64,000 nucleotides of DNA, taken from the NCBI GenBank assembly GCA_017991475.1, contig JAGOQK010000003.1:848-64847 (forward strand), written 5' to 3'. Made by a program: the position numbers and the translations under genes. This DNA is from Minisyncoccota bacterium. GTDB taxonomy: Bacteria > Patescibacteriota > Minisyncoccia > Phycocordibacterales > PALSA-1337. The notes under the pieces are model-generated. The model searched no databases and had not been told where the DNA came from. It worked only from the letters and a program-made list of their open reading frames with translations. Below, in pieces: positions 1 to 9,656 of this stretch; position 1 is the stretch's first letter, and each line of letters starts with the position of its first letter.

Positions 1-153
1 CAGAAATAGTGTGCTCGGCGACAAGATGCCTGCCTTGAATGACTCGCTCAAGAGATGCGGTGATGCGATGACGCATGTACCCATAAACCCCAAAAACGAC
101 AAGCACTGTCGAGCATGCGATTATGAACAATGCTGTATGACTATGATGATGCT

Positions 154-696
154 TCATGGGAGTACTCGAGTAAATCTGAGCGAAAATGGAATATCCTTAC
201 TCTTGGCAAGCTCTGATATGGGCAACTCGACCTTGTTGCCGACTGACATGTTCTCGAGACGTGTTTTAAATGAAACAAGTGACTCGCGCGTAGCTGCAAC
301 ACCCTGTATGACCATTACTGCGCTCGTCGTCGAAATGTCAGACACTACGATTGACTGGATCTTCACAGAACCACGCGCAGATACGACATCCTTGACGAGA
401 GTCGATGGTCGCTGACCCCCGAGAGTCCTCGACAGTTCTCGCATGAGCATCGTATCCTCCTGCAACTCTCGTGTCATCTCAGCGATTCCCCCACTTGCCT
501 GTCCACCCATATCACCCTGCAAGAGGGCAGCTTGCCCTCTCTCCTCGAACGAAACTTTCACATACGCCGGGAATAGGGATCCTATACCTATAACACCAAC
601 AACAGACAGCATGAAAAAAGCAACGATAGACGCGTGCAGGCGGTACCTTTTTTTAAGTAACTTCTGATCTTCGATTGGAAGGAAACTGTGTCTCAT
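154..696 (-). CDS. pilN: PilN-like type IV pilus assembly protein. N-terminal TM helix, about 180 aa, immediately downstream of PilM
   Basis: Size, single N-terminal hydrophobic segment and position directly after a PilM-like gene; no strong family motif seen, so the call is by context. Confidence 0.45.
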   Translation of the reverse strand: MRHSFLPIEDQKLLKKRYRLHASIVAFFMLSVVGVIGIGSLFPAYVKVSFEERGQAALLQGDMGGQASGGIAEMTRELQEDTMLMRELSRTLGGQRPSTLVKDVVSARGSVKIQSIVVSDISTTSAVMVIQGVAATRESLVSFKTRLENMSVGNKVELPISELAKSKDIPFSLRFTRVLP

Positions 697-699
697 TGG

Positions 700-1674
700 T
701 TATGATGATGACAATGCAAGACCTGCTGCAATAGCGTATTCGAAAGATTCTGATTTCGCTATGGGCGGCACGTACAAGTCCGTATTGAAAGCGTTGTGCC
801 ACACATCGGGCAGCACGGTGTGTGCAACTGTCTCTTCACTCTGATTGCGAATGAGAGATTCGCACGCTTCAGCCTTGGATCCAACGATGACTATTTCAGA
901 TATAGCTGCATGAACATCTGCGTGCGTCATCCAGTATGCGTGCACTCGAGCAATCTCAGCGATAAGTGCCTTACCTTGATCCGACGCTACCTCATCTAGA
1001 CTGTCACTTCCCCAAGCAATCGTCGAAGTGAAACACACAACTCCCTCGGAAACTACATAGAGACCGCTTTTTTTGTGCATAACATGAACAATGAGGTGTG
1101 TGCCTTGTGAATTGACTGGTTCATATGCAGTAACGATCGCCTTTGGAGCGACTTCATAGGCAACAATCGAGAGGCCCGCCTCGCGGAGCAAGGAAACATG
1201 ATGTTCTACATAGGTACGCGGTACTACTGAAACACTTGTGCGCAATGTATCACCAGTAACAATTTTCGGCATGAGATCGAATTGGAAGATCGCATCAGCA
1301 GCTGACAACGGAACATTCTGATCAAGTTTAAATTCGATGTTCTGTGCAATGGATCGGAAATCAGCGCTTGGCACATCAGTCTGGAATAGATATGCTTTCT
1401 CCTCGGGCAATGAGACCTTCACATACGAAAGATCATTATCCTGCGCAAACTTCTTGAGTATTTCCACGAATTTCTTCTCATCCTTGATGTCTCCTCCGTC
1501 AATGAGACCGGGGGGTAAAATTTGTGTTGCGTGCTTGGATATCACGAGACGTCCACCAGAACTTCGGTATTCAATACAACGAATAGCATCATCAGAAATA
1601 TCGAGTCCTGCGTGCGGCATAACGAGGAATGTGGGAGGCGGAAAAAGCTTGAAGAGGAGCGAGCGCGTATTCAT
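700..1674 (-). CDS. pilM: Type IV pilus assembly protein PilM (actin-like ATPase fold)
   Basis: About 320 aa with a GLDIS-type N-terminal motif typical of PilM/FtsA-like proteins; followed by a PilN-like gene on the same strand. True start may be the internal Met (MPHAGLDIS) around 1620. Confidence 0.6.
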   Translation of the reverse strand: MNTRSLLFKLFPPPTFLVMPHAGLDISDDAIRCIEYRSSGGRLVISKHATQILPPGLIDGGDIKDEKKFVEILKKFAQDNDLSYVKVSLPEEKAYLFQTDVPSADFRSIAQNIEFKLDQNVPLSAADAIFQFDLMPKIVTGDTLRTSVSVVPRTYVEHHVSLLREAGLSIVAYEVAPKAIVTAYEPVNSQGTHLIVHVMHKKSGLYVVSEGVVCFTSTIAWGSDSLDEVASDQGKALIAEIARVHAYWMTHADVHAAISEIVIVGSKAEACESLIRNQSEETVAHTVLPDVWHNAFNTDLYVPPIAKSESFEYAIAAGLALSSS

Positions 1675-1696
1675 ACCCTAAGTATACCGTATGTAC

Positions 1697-2317
1697 TTAC
1701 GACTTCCAACGGCGAATCCCCTCTTTGACGATTTCCTTTATTGCAGGCGCTGCAGAAACGAGAATGATAACAATGACAACAGGTATGACGTACTTGTCAG
1801 GGTTCGGTATGAGCGCTCCGAGTCCGTAGCCAAGCCAGAGCATGCCCCATGTCCAGATGAACGCGCCGATAATATTGAAGGTGATAAATGTGCGATATGG
1901 CATCGTACCAATTCCCGCCACAATCGGAGCAAACGTACGGATGATCGGCATGAACCGCGCAAGAATAATCGTCTTCTTACCATGCTTCTCATAGAATTGT
2001 TGTGCGCGGACAATGTGTTGTTTGTTAAATATCACCGAGTCCTCTCTCGAAAATAACGATGGGCCAATCTTCTTGCCAAAAGCGTATCCGATACTATCTC
2101 CAACAACGGCGGCGATGAATGTTCCGATGAGAAGCCATGCAAATGATACGTACCCCTGCGACGCGAGGAAGCCAGCAGTGAAAAGAAGCGAGTCGCCGGG
2201 CAGGAAAAAGCCGAAGAAGAGTCCCGTCTCGATAAAGATGACCGCGATCACGCCGAGCGTCCCGAGCGCCATGATCAGGGTCTTAGGCTCGAGGAATATG
2301 TTGAGAAATTCGGGCAT
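1697..2317 (-). CDS. DedA/VTT-domain (SNARE-associated) family membrane protein
   Basis: Polytopic membrane protein with the conserved DedA core (FxxxGLFFGFFLPGDSLLFTAGFLA ... KHGKKTIILARFMPIIRTFAPIVAGI). Confidence 0.8.
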   Translation of the reverse strand: MPEFLNIFLEPKTLIMALGTLGVIAVIFIETGLFFGFFLPGDSLLFTAGFLASQGYVSFAWLLIGTFIAAVVGDSIGYAFGKKIGPSLFSREDSVIFNKQHIVRAQQFYEKHGKKTIILARFMPIIRTFAPIVAGIGTMPYRTFITFNIIGAFIWTWGMLWLGYGLGALIPNPDKYVIPVVIVIILVSAAPAIKEIVKEGIRRWKS

Positions 2318-2339
2318 ATGGTTCTATTTAACTATTCTG

Positions 2340-2777
2340 CTACGCCGCCTTAGTTCCAGGCTGGATTGTCGTATTAGGCTCAAGAAGTGAAAAATTGCCA
2401 TTTGCATCTGATACTGCAAACAACATGCCATTACTCTCATACCCTTTTATTTTCCGCGGTTCCAGATTGGTGACGAACATACAGGTTTTGCCGACAAGCG
2501 TCGCAGGATCAGGGAAATACATAGATATGCCTGAGACGATCTGGCGAATATCAGGAATTATTTCTGGCGCAGGTTGAACTATTTCGGCCGATGGTACTTC
2601 TGGAGTCACAACTGTACCCGGTGCAGCAACTGGAGGAACCACGCTCTGAACTGGTTGTATTTTTGTCCCAAAATCAACCGAGAGCTTAAGGAGCTTATCG
2701 GTATCAGGAATCTTCTCAGCAGAAAGTATTTTTCCTGCACGGATCTCTACCTTTTTGAAATCATCATAGGTAATCAT
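2340..2777 (-). CDS. tRNA-binding domain protein (CsaA/YgjH/EMAP-like OB fold) with an inserted Pro/Val-rich linker
   Basis: N-terminal DFxKVEIRxGKIxxAEKIPDTDKLLKLSVDFG and C-terminal KTCMFVTNLEPRKIKGYESNGMLFA match the tRNA-binding (MetRS C-terminal-like) domain. Confidence 0.6.
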   Translation of the reverse strand: MITYDDFKKVEIRAGKILSAEKIPDTDKLLKLSVDFGTKIQPVQSVVPPVAAPGTVVTPEVPSAEIVQPAPEIIPDIRQIVSGISMYFPDPATLVGKTCMFVTNLEPRKIKGYESNGMLFAVSDANGNFSLLEPNTTIQPGTKAA

Positions 2778-2814
2778 GTGGCTATTTTAACAGATTAATT
2801 GTGTTAATAAACAA

Positions 2815-3225
2815 TCATTCCCCTATATCCCAATCATCCTTTTCCTGCCTATCGAGATAACTCTGAAGGATCAATGCTGCCGCACTCGCGTCAGTGAGAT
2901 CCGTCTTCCCCTGAAATCGTTCTGCCTGCATGCTTGTCATGAACTCGAGCTCGAGATAGACGGTAAGCCCGAGACCTTCGAGCTGTTTCTTGAATGCGTC
3001 GGCCTCCTCGAAGACTGCGTTGGGCTCCTGTTTGTAATTCCTGGACTCCCCCATCACGATCTCGGTGACTTCATGCTGACGTGCGATCTCCTCCACCTCT
3101 CTAATCGCAAGTTCTGTATTTTTGACCACCACCAGTGGCAACGCAAACTGACGCGCGGGGTCAGAAACCGCGATGCCGATGCGTTTCGTACCATAGTCGA
3201 TGCCGAGGATTCGATTTTCCATCAC
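2815..3225 (-). CDS. ruvX: Holliday junction resolvase-like nuclease YqgF/RuvX
   Basis: ILGIDYGTKRIGIAVSD N-terminal motif and about 136 aa length are characteristic of YqgF/RuvX. Confidence 0.85.
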   Translation of the reverse strand: MMENRILGIDYGTKRIGIAVSDPARQFALPLVVVKNTELAIREVEEIARQHEVTEIVMGESRNYKQEPNAVFEEADAFKKQLEGLGLTVYLELEFMTSMQAERFQGKTDLTDASAAALILQSYLDRQEKDDWDIGE

Positions 3226-3286
3226 TTACAACACTATCACAAAACCATTGCGAAACAACAGTTTTTGCATTATGATGGCGAGGCCT

Positions 3287-3373
3287 GGACGGGTGGCTGA
3301 GTGGTTTAAGGCAACAGTCTTGAAAACTGTCGTACTCGCAAGGGTACCGTGAGTTCGAATCTCACCCCGTCCG
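3287..3373 (+). tRNA. tRNA-Ser (anticodon TGA) with long variable arm
   Basis: Cloverleaf readable by eye: acceptor GGACGGG/CCCGTCC, anticodon stem-loop ACAGT-CTTGAAA-ACTGT (anticodon UGA), long variable arm, T-arm GAGTTCGAATCTC. Confidence 0.85.
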
Positions 3374-3420
3374 CACATGAATCGCCAATGCCCTATTTGG
3401 GCACTGGCGATATTTTGTTT

Positions 3421-3490
3421 TCCATTCGCAAGCTCATGGGTTGTCCTTCCAGAGGACTAGCTCCGTTCGCAAGCTCACGGGTTGTCACAC
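3421..3490. repeat. Two direct copies of a roughly 22-nt motif (TTCGCAAGCTCAYGGGTTGTC) about 40 nt downstream of tRNA-Ser
   Basis: Seen directly: tccaTTCGCAAGCTCATGGGTTGTCc ... ctccgTTCGCAAGCTCACGGGTTGTCac. Confidence 0.5.
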
Positions 3491-3517
3491 ATCCTCACTT
3501 GACGCTATAATTCAAGC

Positions 3518-3976
3518 ATGGATCCTCTCATCTCATGGAACGCGCCCGAGCACTACTATGTCGAAAAGAAACCCGACTGGTACTGGGCTGTCGGTATCGT
3601 CACACTCGCAATCGCAGCAGTCGCTTTCATCTTCGGCAACATCATCACCGGAATATTTGTGATCACAGCAGCAGTCGCGCTCGTCCTCCACGCGTCACGT
3701 CCACCACGTATCGTCACCTACAGCATCACTGACCGTGGCATCGTAGCGAATGATGTACTCTATCCTTTCTTGACCCTTGAATCATTCTGGATACCTCACG
3801 ACGAGTTCCCCCACAAACTCATCGTCAAATCTCGCAAAACATTCATGTCACTCATCGTCATCTATCTCGATGAAGTCGATCCCGAAAAGGTCCGTGAAGT
3901 CATGCTCACCTATATTGCAGAGACAGAGCACCGAGAGTCTGTACTTAAGCACATACTTGAGAGATTGGGTTTTTAA
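3518..3976 (+). CDS. Hypothetical small membrane protein (two adjacent TM helices)
   Basis: ORF with a hydrophobic hairpin (WYWAVGIVTLAIAAVAFIFGNIITGIFVITAAVALVL); no recognisable family. Confidence 0.45.
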   Translation: MDPLISWNAPEHYYVEKKPDWYWAVGIVTLAIAAVAFIFGNIITGIFVITAAVALVLHASRPPRIVTYSITDRGIVANDVLYPFLTLESFWIPHDEFPHKLIVKSRKTFMSLIVIYLDEVDPEKVREVMLTYIAETEHRESVLKHILERLGF

Positions 3977-4004
3977 TATATAATGCGCCTATTAACTCAA
4001 TTAA

Positions 4005-5303
<1,299 letters not shown>

Positions 5304-5343
5304 CTGATAAACAACTCAAACTAGACATTGCCCCTTTCATCCC

Positions 5344-6333
5344 ATGAGTTATACTTATGGGATGAAAACCTTATATACAAAAAAGTTCGTTTATTCGACG
5401 CTCGCACTCGCGCTATTCGCCATAGCACCATCCATAGCATCCGCAGAAGAGACTTGCACCTTCTCCTCTGACCTCTCAGTCGGTTCGATCAGCGAAGAGG
5501 TGCGCTGTCTGCAGAAATACCTCAATGCGAACGGATACATCATCTCCTCATCTGGCCCCGGATCTATCGGTGGAGAGACGTCTCTCTTCAGGGAGAAAAC
5601 TGCGGAGGCCGTGAAGAAATGGCAGACCGCAATGGGTATATATCCTGCCACGGGCACGTTTGGACCCCTATCGCGCGCGACCTATGAGACCAAAAAGAAG
5701 GTCATCGTTCCTTCCACGACAACAACCGTCAACTCTCCCAACACGACCACTTCCGGCTCGACCACGATCATATCCCCTCAGACAACTACCACCTCCACGA
5801 ATACAACCTCGAGCTCGTCATCTTCATCAGATTCGAGTATTAAGAAGCTCCTCAAGAGCGTCTCTGATGCTATCAAGGATGCCGAGGAGAAGATTGATGA
5901 CGCAGAAGATGACGAAGATGCAACTGCTGACGAAATTACCGACATGCGCGAGCAGCTCGACAAAGCCAAGCAAAGACTCGTTGATGCGGTCATGGCATAC
6001 ATTGACGGCGACTTCACCGAAGCAAATTCCCTCGCCAACAAGTCAAAAAACTATACCGAGAATGCTGTCGAAGACATAGACGAAGATGAGAACAAGCAGG
6101 ATGCAGAAGACGCTATTAGTGACGCAAAAGAAGCTATAAGCCAAGCTCGTGAAGACATATCGGAAGCTGAAGATGATGACGAAGATACAGACGAGGCGCG
6201 AGATCTCTATGACGAGGCGCGCGCCAAGTATGATGACGCCCGTGAAGCATTCGACGATGAGGATTATGAGGATGCTCTCGATCTTGCAAAAGAAGCTGAG
6301 GATCTCGCCGAGGAGTCATCAGATGCGCTCTAG
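5344..6333 (+). CDS. Secreted protein: signal peptide, PG_binding_1-like domain, Ser/Thr-rich linker and highly acidic repetitive C-terminus
   Basis: N-terminal signal peptide; the LQKYLNANGY...FREKTAEAVKKWQTAMGIYPATGTFGPLSRATYE block resembles the putative peptidoglycan-binding domain; C-terminus is D/E-rich. Confidence 0.55.
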   Translation: MSYTYGMKTLYTKKFVYSTLALALFAIAPSIASAEETCTFSSDLSVGSISEEVRCLQKYLNANGYIISSSGPGSIGGETSLFREKTAEAVKKWQTAMGIYPATGTFGPLSRATYETKKKVIVPSTTTTVNSPNTTTSGSTTIISPQTTTTSTNTTSSSSSSSDSSIKKLLKSVSDAIKDAEEKIDDAEDDEDATADEITDMREQLDKAKQRLVDAVMAYIDGDFTEANSLANKSKNYTENAVEDIDEDENKQDAEDAISDAKEAISQAREDISEAEDDDEDTDEARDLYDEARAKYDDAREAFDDEDYEDALDLAKEAEDLAEESSDAL

Positions 6334-6352
6334 AGTCGCTCCGACCTACAAA

Positions 6353-6604
6353 CTATACATCCACAGAATAGGCAGCATACTCGCTGCCTATTGTGTTATC
6401 TGCCCTACCCTCTATCAGACCCTTCAAAATTTTATTCTCAGCATTAAGTCTGTAGACAGCACCCAACAAAAAGGCGATATTTATCGCCACGAGGCCATAT
6501 ATGATGTGTTTGAGATACTTCCGGTGTTTATTCATGCTTCTGTGCCGATACTGACGGATGACCATCGGGTGCCTTACATTGCCAGATATGCCTGAATATT
6601 GCAA
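6353..6604 (-). CDS. Hypothetical small protein (one TM)
   Basis: ORF only; weak support. Confidence 0.2.
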   Translation of the reverse strand: MQYSGISGNVRHPMVIRQYRHRSMNKHRKYLKHIIYGLVAINIAFLLGAVYRLNAENKILKGLIEGRADNTIGSEYAAYSVDV

Positions 6605-6616
6605 GAAAAATCCGGA

Positions 6617-6643
6617 GCAGTCCGGATTTTTCTCTCATGTGCC
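6617..6643. terminator. Stem-loop AATCCGGAGCAGTCCGGATT flanked by A/T runs, a candidate bidirectional intrinsic terminator downstream of tRNA-Arg
   Basis: Perfect 8-bp stem with T-run on both strands. Confidence 0.4.
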
Positions 6644-6813
6644 CTCAGTACCCAGTAGGTCAATGTGCTCATTGAGGAATCTTTCCCTACGGGAACGGTA
6701 TAGGCTTCGTATCGTGCTCGCTTCGCTGCGCGCGATACACTCAGCCTTTTCGATTCCTACTCGCAACACGCTCAAGCGTGTTGCTTGAGGTCACATACTC
6801 ACTTCGTTCGTTG

Positions 6814-6885
6814 TGCCCTCAGTAGGAATCGAACCTACATTGCAAGATCCGCAATCTTGCGTCCTATCCATTGAACGATGAGGGC
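6814..6885 (-). tRNA. tRNA, anticodon read as GCG (Arg)
   Basis: Reverse complement folds as cloverleaf: acceptor GCCCTCA/TGAGGGC, anticodon arm CAAGA-TTGCGGA-TCTTG, T-arm GTAGG-TTCGATT-CCTAC. Confidence 0.7.
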
Positions 6886-6985
6886 GTTAGAAATTCAAAA
6901 TGCAAAAATCAAAATTTAAAATTGAATTACAACGTAAACAATTCTAGCATTTCGCAGCCAACTTTTGAATTTTGCCTTATGACTT

Positions 6986-7246
6986 TTAAATTCTCTTGAG
7001 TGCGGCCATAACACGAGACTTGGTACGACTTGCGGTGTTGGCCTTGATATAGCCAGTCTTAGAAGCCTTGTCGAGCGACTGATAGATGGACGGAATGAGT
7101 TTTTCTGCAGCTTTCTTATCTTTTGCAGCAACGAGCTTGCGGAACTCCTTCATTCCCTTCTCGATAGCAGACTTGCGACGGAGGTTGAAAACACGCTTCT
7201 TCTTCGATGCGCGGAGTGCTTTGTGAGCTGATGAGGTGATAGGCAT
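6986..7246 (-). CDS. rpsT: 30S ribosomal protein S20
   Basis: 86 aa basic protein with a SAHKALRASKKKRVFNLRRKS-type N-terminus typical of S20. Confidence 0.9.
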   Translation of the reverse strand: MPITSSAHKALRASKKKRVFNLRRKSAIEKGMKEFRKLVAAKDKKAAEKLIPSIYQSLDKASKTGYIKANTASRTKSRVMAALKRI

Positions 7247-7314
7247 AGGTTATATATTTTCGTATGTCAGGCCAAGATACCATGGCAGGCGAAGAAAGTA
7301 AAGCTTTAATCACT

Positions 7315-7420
7315 GTGAGGAAGACATGTGTGTTTCTGACGGTGCTTCGTTGTATTTGTACACTACACTTTAAAGAACCGTTCTGCGAAGCACCGTCAGA
7401 AACACACATGTCTTCCTCAC
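7315..7420. repeat. Long perfect inverted repeat (35-bp arms, about 36-nt loop) in the divergent rpsT/ruvA intergenic region
   Basis: GTGAGGAAGACATGTGTGTTTCTGACGGTGCTTCG ... CGAAGCACCGTCAGAAACACACATGTCTTCCTCAC, exact complement; shares the CATGTGTGTTTCTGA-like motif with hairpins at 12196, 31209 and 36972. Confidence 0.85.
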
Positions 7421-7445
7421 GGTGCCTTATTTGCTATACTAACCC

Positions 7446-8031
7446 CATGATCTCCTACCTTCGTGGCCCCATCATCGAACTCGGCACTCGCTATGCCGTT
7501 CTCGATATGAGCGGGCTCGGCTACAAGGTCTATACGACCGATGACACTATCCATACCCTCAAGGTCGGGCAGGAAGTCACCTTCTGGGCGCATACCATCG
7601 TCCGTGAGGATGCGCTCGATCTCTACGGCTTCACTTCACAGCGAGAACGCTCATTCTTCGAGCTCCTCATCGGCATTTCAGGAATAGGTCCCAAGAGTGC
7701 CCTCAATATCCTCTCACTCGTCTCAGCTGATACTCTCGCGAGCTCTATCCGCAGTGGCTCAGTCGCGCACCTAGTCAAAGTTTCTGGAATTGGTCGGAAG
7801 ACTGCAGAGAAGATCGTCCTCGAACTCAAAGACAAGCTCGCAGGTTCATCATTCCACTCAGACGACCCTACCCTCTCAGCTGGCATGTCGAGCGATATGG
7901 ATGCACTCGAAGCCCTCCGCGCACTGGGGTATGAAACTGATGAGGCGCGTGATGCATTGAAAAAGATTCCTACAGATATCACTGATACGGGCAAGAAGGT
8001 GAAGGCGGCTCTCAAGGAGTTGGGGAGGTAA
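7446..8031 (+). CDS. ruvA: Holliday junction DNA helicase subunit RuvA
   Basis: MISYLRGPIIEL... N-terminus, HhH motifs (GIGPKSALNIL, VSGIGRKTAEKIV) and C-terminal RuvB-interaction domain. The longer ORF in the track (from 7264) runs through the hairpin and is rejected. Confidence 0.9.
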
Positions 8032-8194
8032 CGAAATCAGTATGTGCAAATTATGCACATACAGCTACCAACATATTTTCAAATACAGTTGACGAATCTT
8101 TGTACGGTGATAAAATTACCGTACCAACTTTCCTCTCTTGTTCGAAAAAGCCGACAGATCTACCAAGAACTGGCGGTTTTTTGATTGAAAAGCA

Positions 8195-8213
8195 ATATGC
8201 ATTTTTTGCATAT
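8195..8213. promoter_or_regulatory. Palindrome ATATGCA-TTTTT-TGCATAT upstream of the RhuM-like gene, a possible operator or promoter element
   Basis: Perfect 7-bp inverted repeat 45 nt upstream of the chosen start codon. Confidence 0.3.
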
Positions 8214-8258
8214 TACAAACCAGGGAAAGAATTTTTACCAATTAACTACAAAACTATT

Positions 8259-8777
8259 ATGAAGAAAAAACCAATCAATAACTCCGGCGAGCTTATTATC
8301 TATTCAGGCAAGAACGGTGGCGTTGAGTTGCGTGCGGATTCCAAAAAAGAAACTATCTGGGCTACACAAGCACAAATTGCCGAACTATTTGAGGTAAACT
8401 CACAGGCAATCACAAAACACCTAGGAAACATATACTCCGAAGGTGAGTTATCCAGGCGGTCAACTTGTTCCAAAATGGAACAAGTTCAACATGAGGGAAA
8501 TCGACACGTCAGACGCAAAGTTGAATTTTATAACCTCGACGCCATTATCGCAGTCGGATATCGAGTCAACTCCAAACAAGCTACCCGATTCCGCATCTGG
8601 GCAACCCGAACTCTCCGCGAACACCTCATCAAAGGCTTCACTATCGATATGAAGAAGATCGAAGGTACAGCATCTGGATTCGCTGACCTCCGTAAAACCG
8701 TTGATTTCATCGAGTCGCGAGCTCAAGGTCGTGTACAAGGTACTGTCGTAGTGAAGCTCAAGAAGGAGTTGTTGTAA
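8259..8777 (+). CDS. RhuM-family (virulence-protein RhuM / Fic-associated DNA-binding) protein
   Basis: Conserved RhuM core: KNGGVELRADSKKETIWATQAQIAELFEVNSQAITKHLGNIYSEGEL ... VRRKVEFYNLDAIIAVGYRVNSKQATRFRIWATRTL. Start set at MKKKPINN; the upstream extension is likely untranslated. Confidence 0.7.
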   Translation: MKKKPINNSGELIIYSGKNGGVELRADSKKETIWATQAQIAELFEVNSQAITKHLGNIYSEGELSRRSTCSKMEQVQHEGNRHVRRKVEFYNLDAIIAVGYRVNSKQATRFRIWATRTLREHLIKGFTIDMKKIEGTASGFADLRKTVDFIESRAQGRVQGTVVVKLKKELL

Positions 8778-8784
8778 TAAAAAT

Positions 8785-8820
8785 GGCTCCCCAAAACTTC
8801 ATGCGAAGTTAGAGGGAGCC
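8785..8820. terminator. Bidirectional stem-loop (GGCTCCC...GGGAGCC) between convergent genes
   Basis: 7-bp GC-rich stem with inner palindrome AACTTCATGCGAAGTT. Confidence 0.5.
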
Positions 8821-8826
8821 AGTGAT

Positions 8827-9471
8827 TCAGCGGGAAAAGACTCGGGAGCCGGCACACCAGTAACCTAGGTCCCCGATAGAGCCGGATTTGATGTCCCAAC
8901 CAACTACACTCCAGTACACATTCATGGAGGAAAATTCACCATCCGCACCAACAATGTGGAAGATATTTGGGAGTCCATCAGTTAGAAGAATCCCCTCCTG
9001 TCCTTCACTTTGGAGTGTAAGGAGATGGTGAAGGTGAGCTAAACTAATCAGTTCCTTACCATCCTCGATCTGACGGAGAATCTGCAAGCCATTCGAATTC
9101 ATAAGAAGTTCGCGCGAACAAAGAATGGTCTCGTGGATATTAATCTCAACTTTTGAGGAAAACATCTGGGTAAAGTTGTTTCCGAGGCTACGGAACTTCA
9201 CACCGCCGACCACACCCCTGCCAAATTTACCTTTAGCTTCGAAGCGTTCGAATGCGGGACACTTGATAGTATCATGAGACTTGAGTCGATAAGGGAGTGA
9301 AGGTTCAGTAACAATCATCTGAAGCCGTTCCGCGACCATTTCAGGATCGCGCTTGCCGTCCATAATCAGCATGCTAATTTTGCCCCACAACTTGAACAAC
9401 CGTTCGAACACATTGATATTACTCATATCGTTTCCTATTCTATTTTGATGAACTACATACCCGTTACTCAC
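8827..9471 (-). CDS. Hypothetical protein, no recognisable family
   Basis: 214-aa ORF convergent with the RhuM-like gene; no motif recognised. Confidence 0.4.
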   Translation of the reverse strand: MSNGYVVHQNRIGNDMSNINVFERLFKLWGKISMLIMDGKRDPEMVAERLQMIVTEPSLPYRLKSHDTIKCPAFERFEAKGKFGRGVVGGVKFRSLGNNFTQMFSSKVEINIHETILCSRELLMNSNGLQILRQIEDGKELISLAHLHHLLTLQSEGQEGILLTDGLPNIFHIVGADGEFSSMNVYWSVVGWDIKSGSIGDLGYWCAGSRVFSR

Positions 9472-9656
9472 AGGTATTCCAGAATTCTGCTGGCCCAGTC
9501 GTAAGGTGATCTTACTGGCTGCATTATATCACTTTTTACACCCAAAGTCAACCTCCTCAAAACCCCTAAAATAAGCCATACTATGGGTGTGATTCTTGGG
9601 CTTTGACTGTCGACTTACGACTACTGACTGACAACTTACAACTGACCACTTCCCCA

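Noticed and set aside
1-153. Possible partial minus-strand ORF continuing off the window edge downstream of pilN (PilO-like)
   Set aside because: Only about 50 codons are visible and no TM helix or motif can be seen; too little to call.
11-415. Plus-strand 134-aa ORF at the window start
   Set aside because: It overlaps the better-supported minus-strand PilN-like gene (single TM, operon context with PilM) and has no recognisable features.
6735-6760. TTCGATTCCTACT segment resembling the T-arm of the nearby tRNA, in inverted orientation (possible att-site remnant)
   Set aside because: The match is essentially the generic GTTCGATTCC T-loop plus 4 nt; no integrase or direct repeat supports an integration event.
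7264-7445. N-terminal extension of the ruvA ORF in the six-frame track
   Set aside because: The extension is encoded by both arms of the 7315-7420 palindrome, so its residues are imposed by the inverted-repeat arms rather than a RuvA-like sequence. The RuvA homology starts at the Met at 7446.
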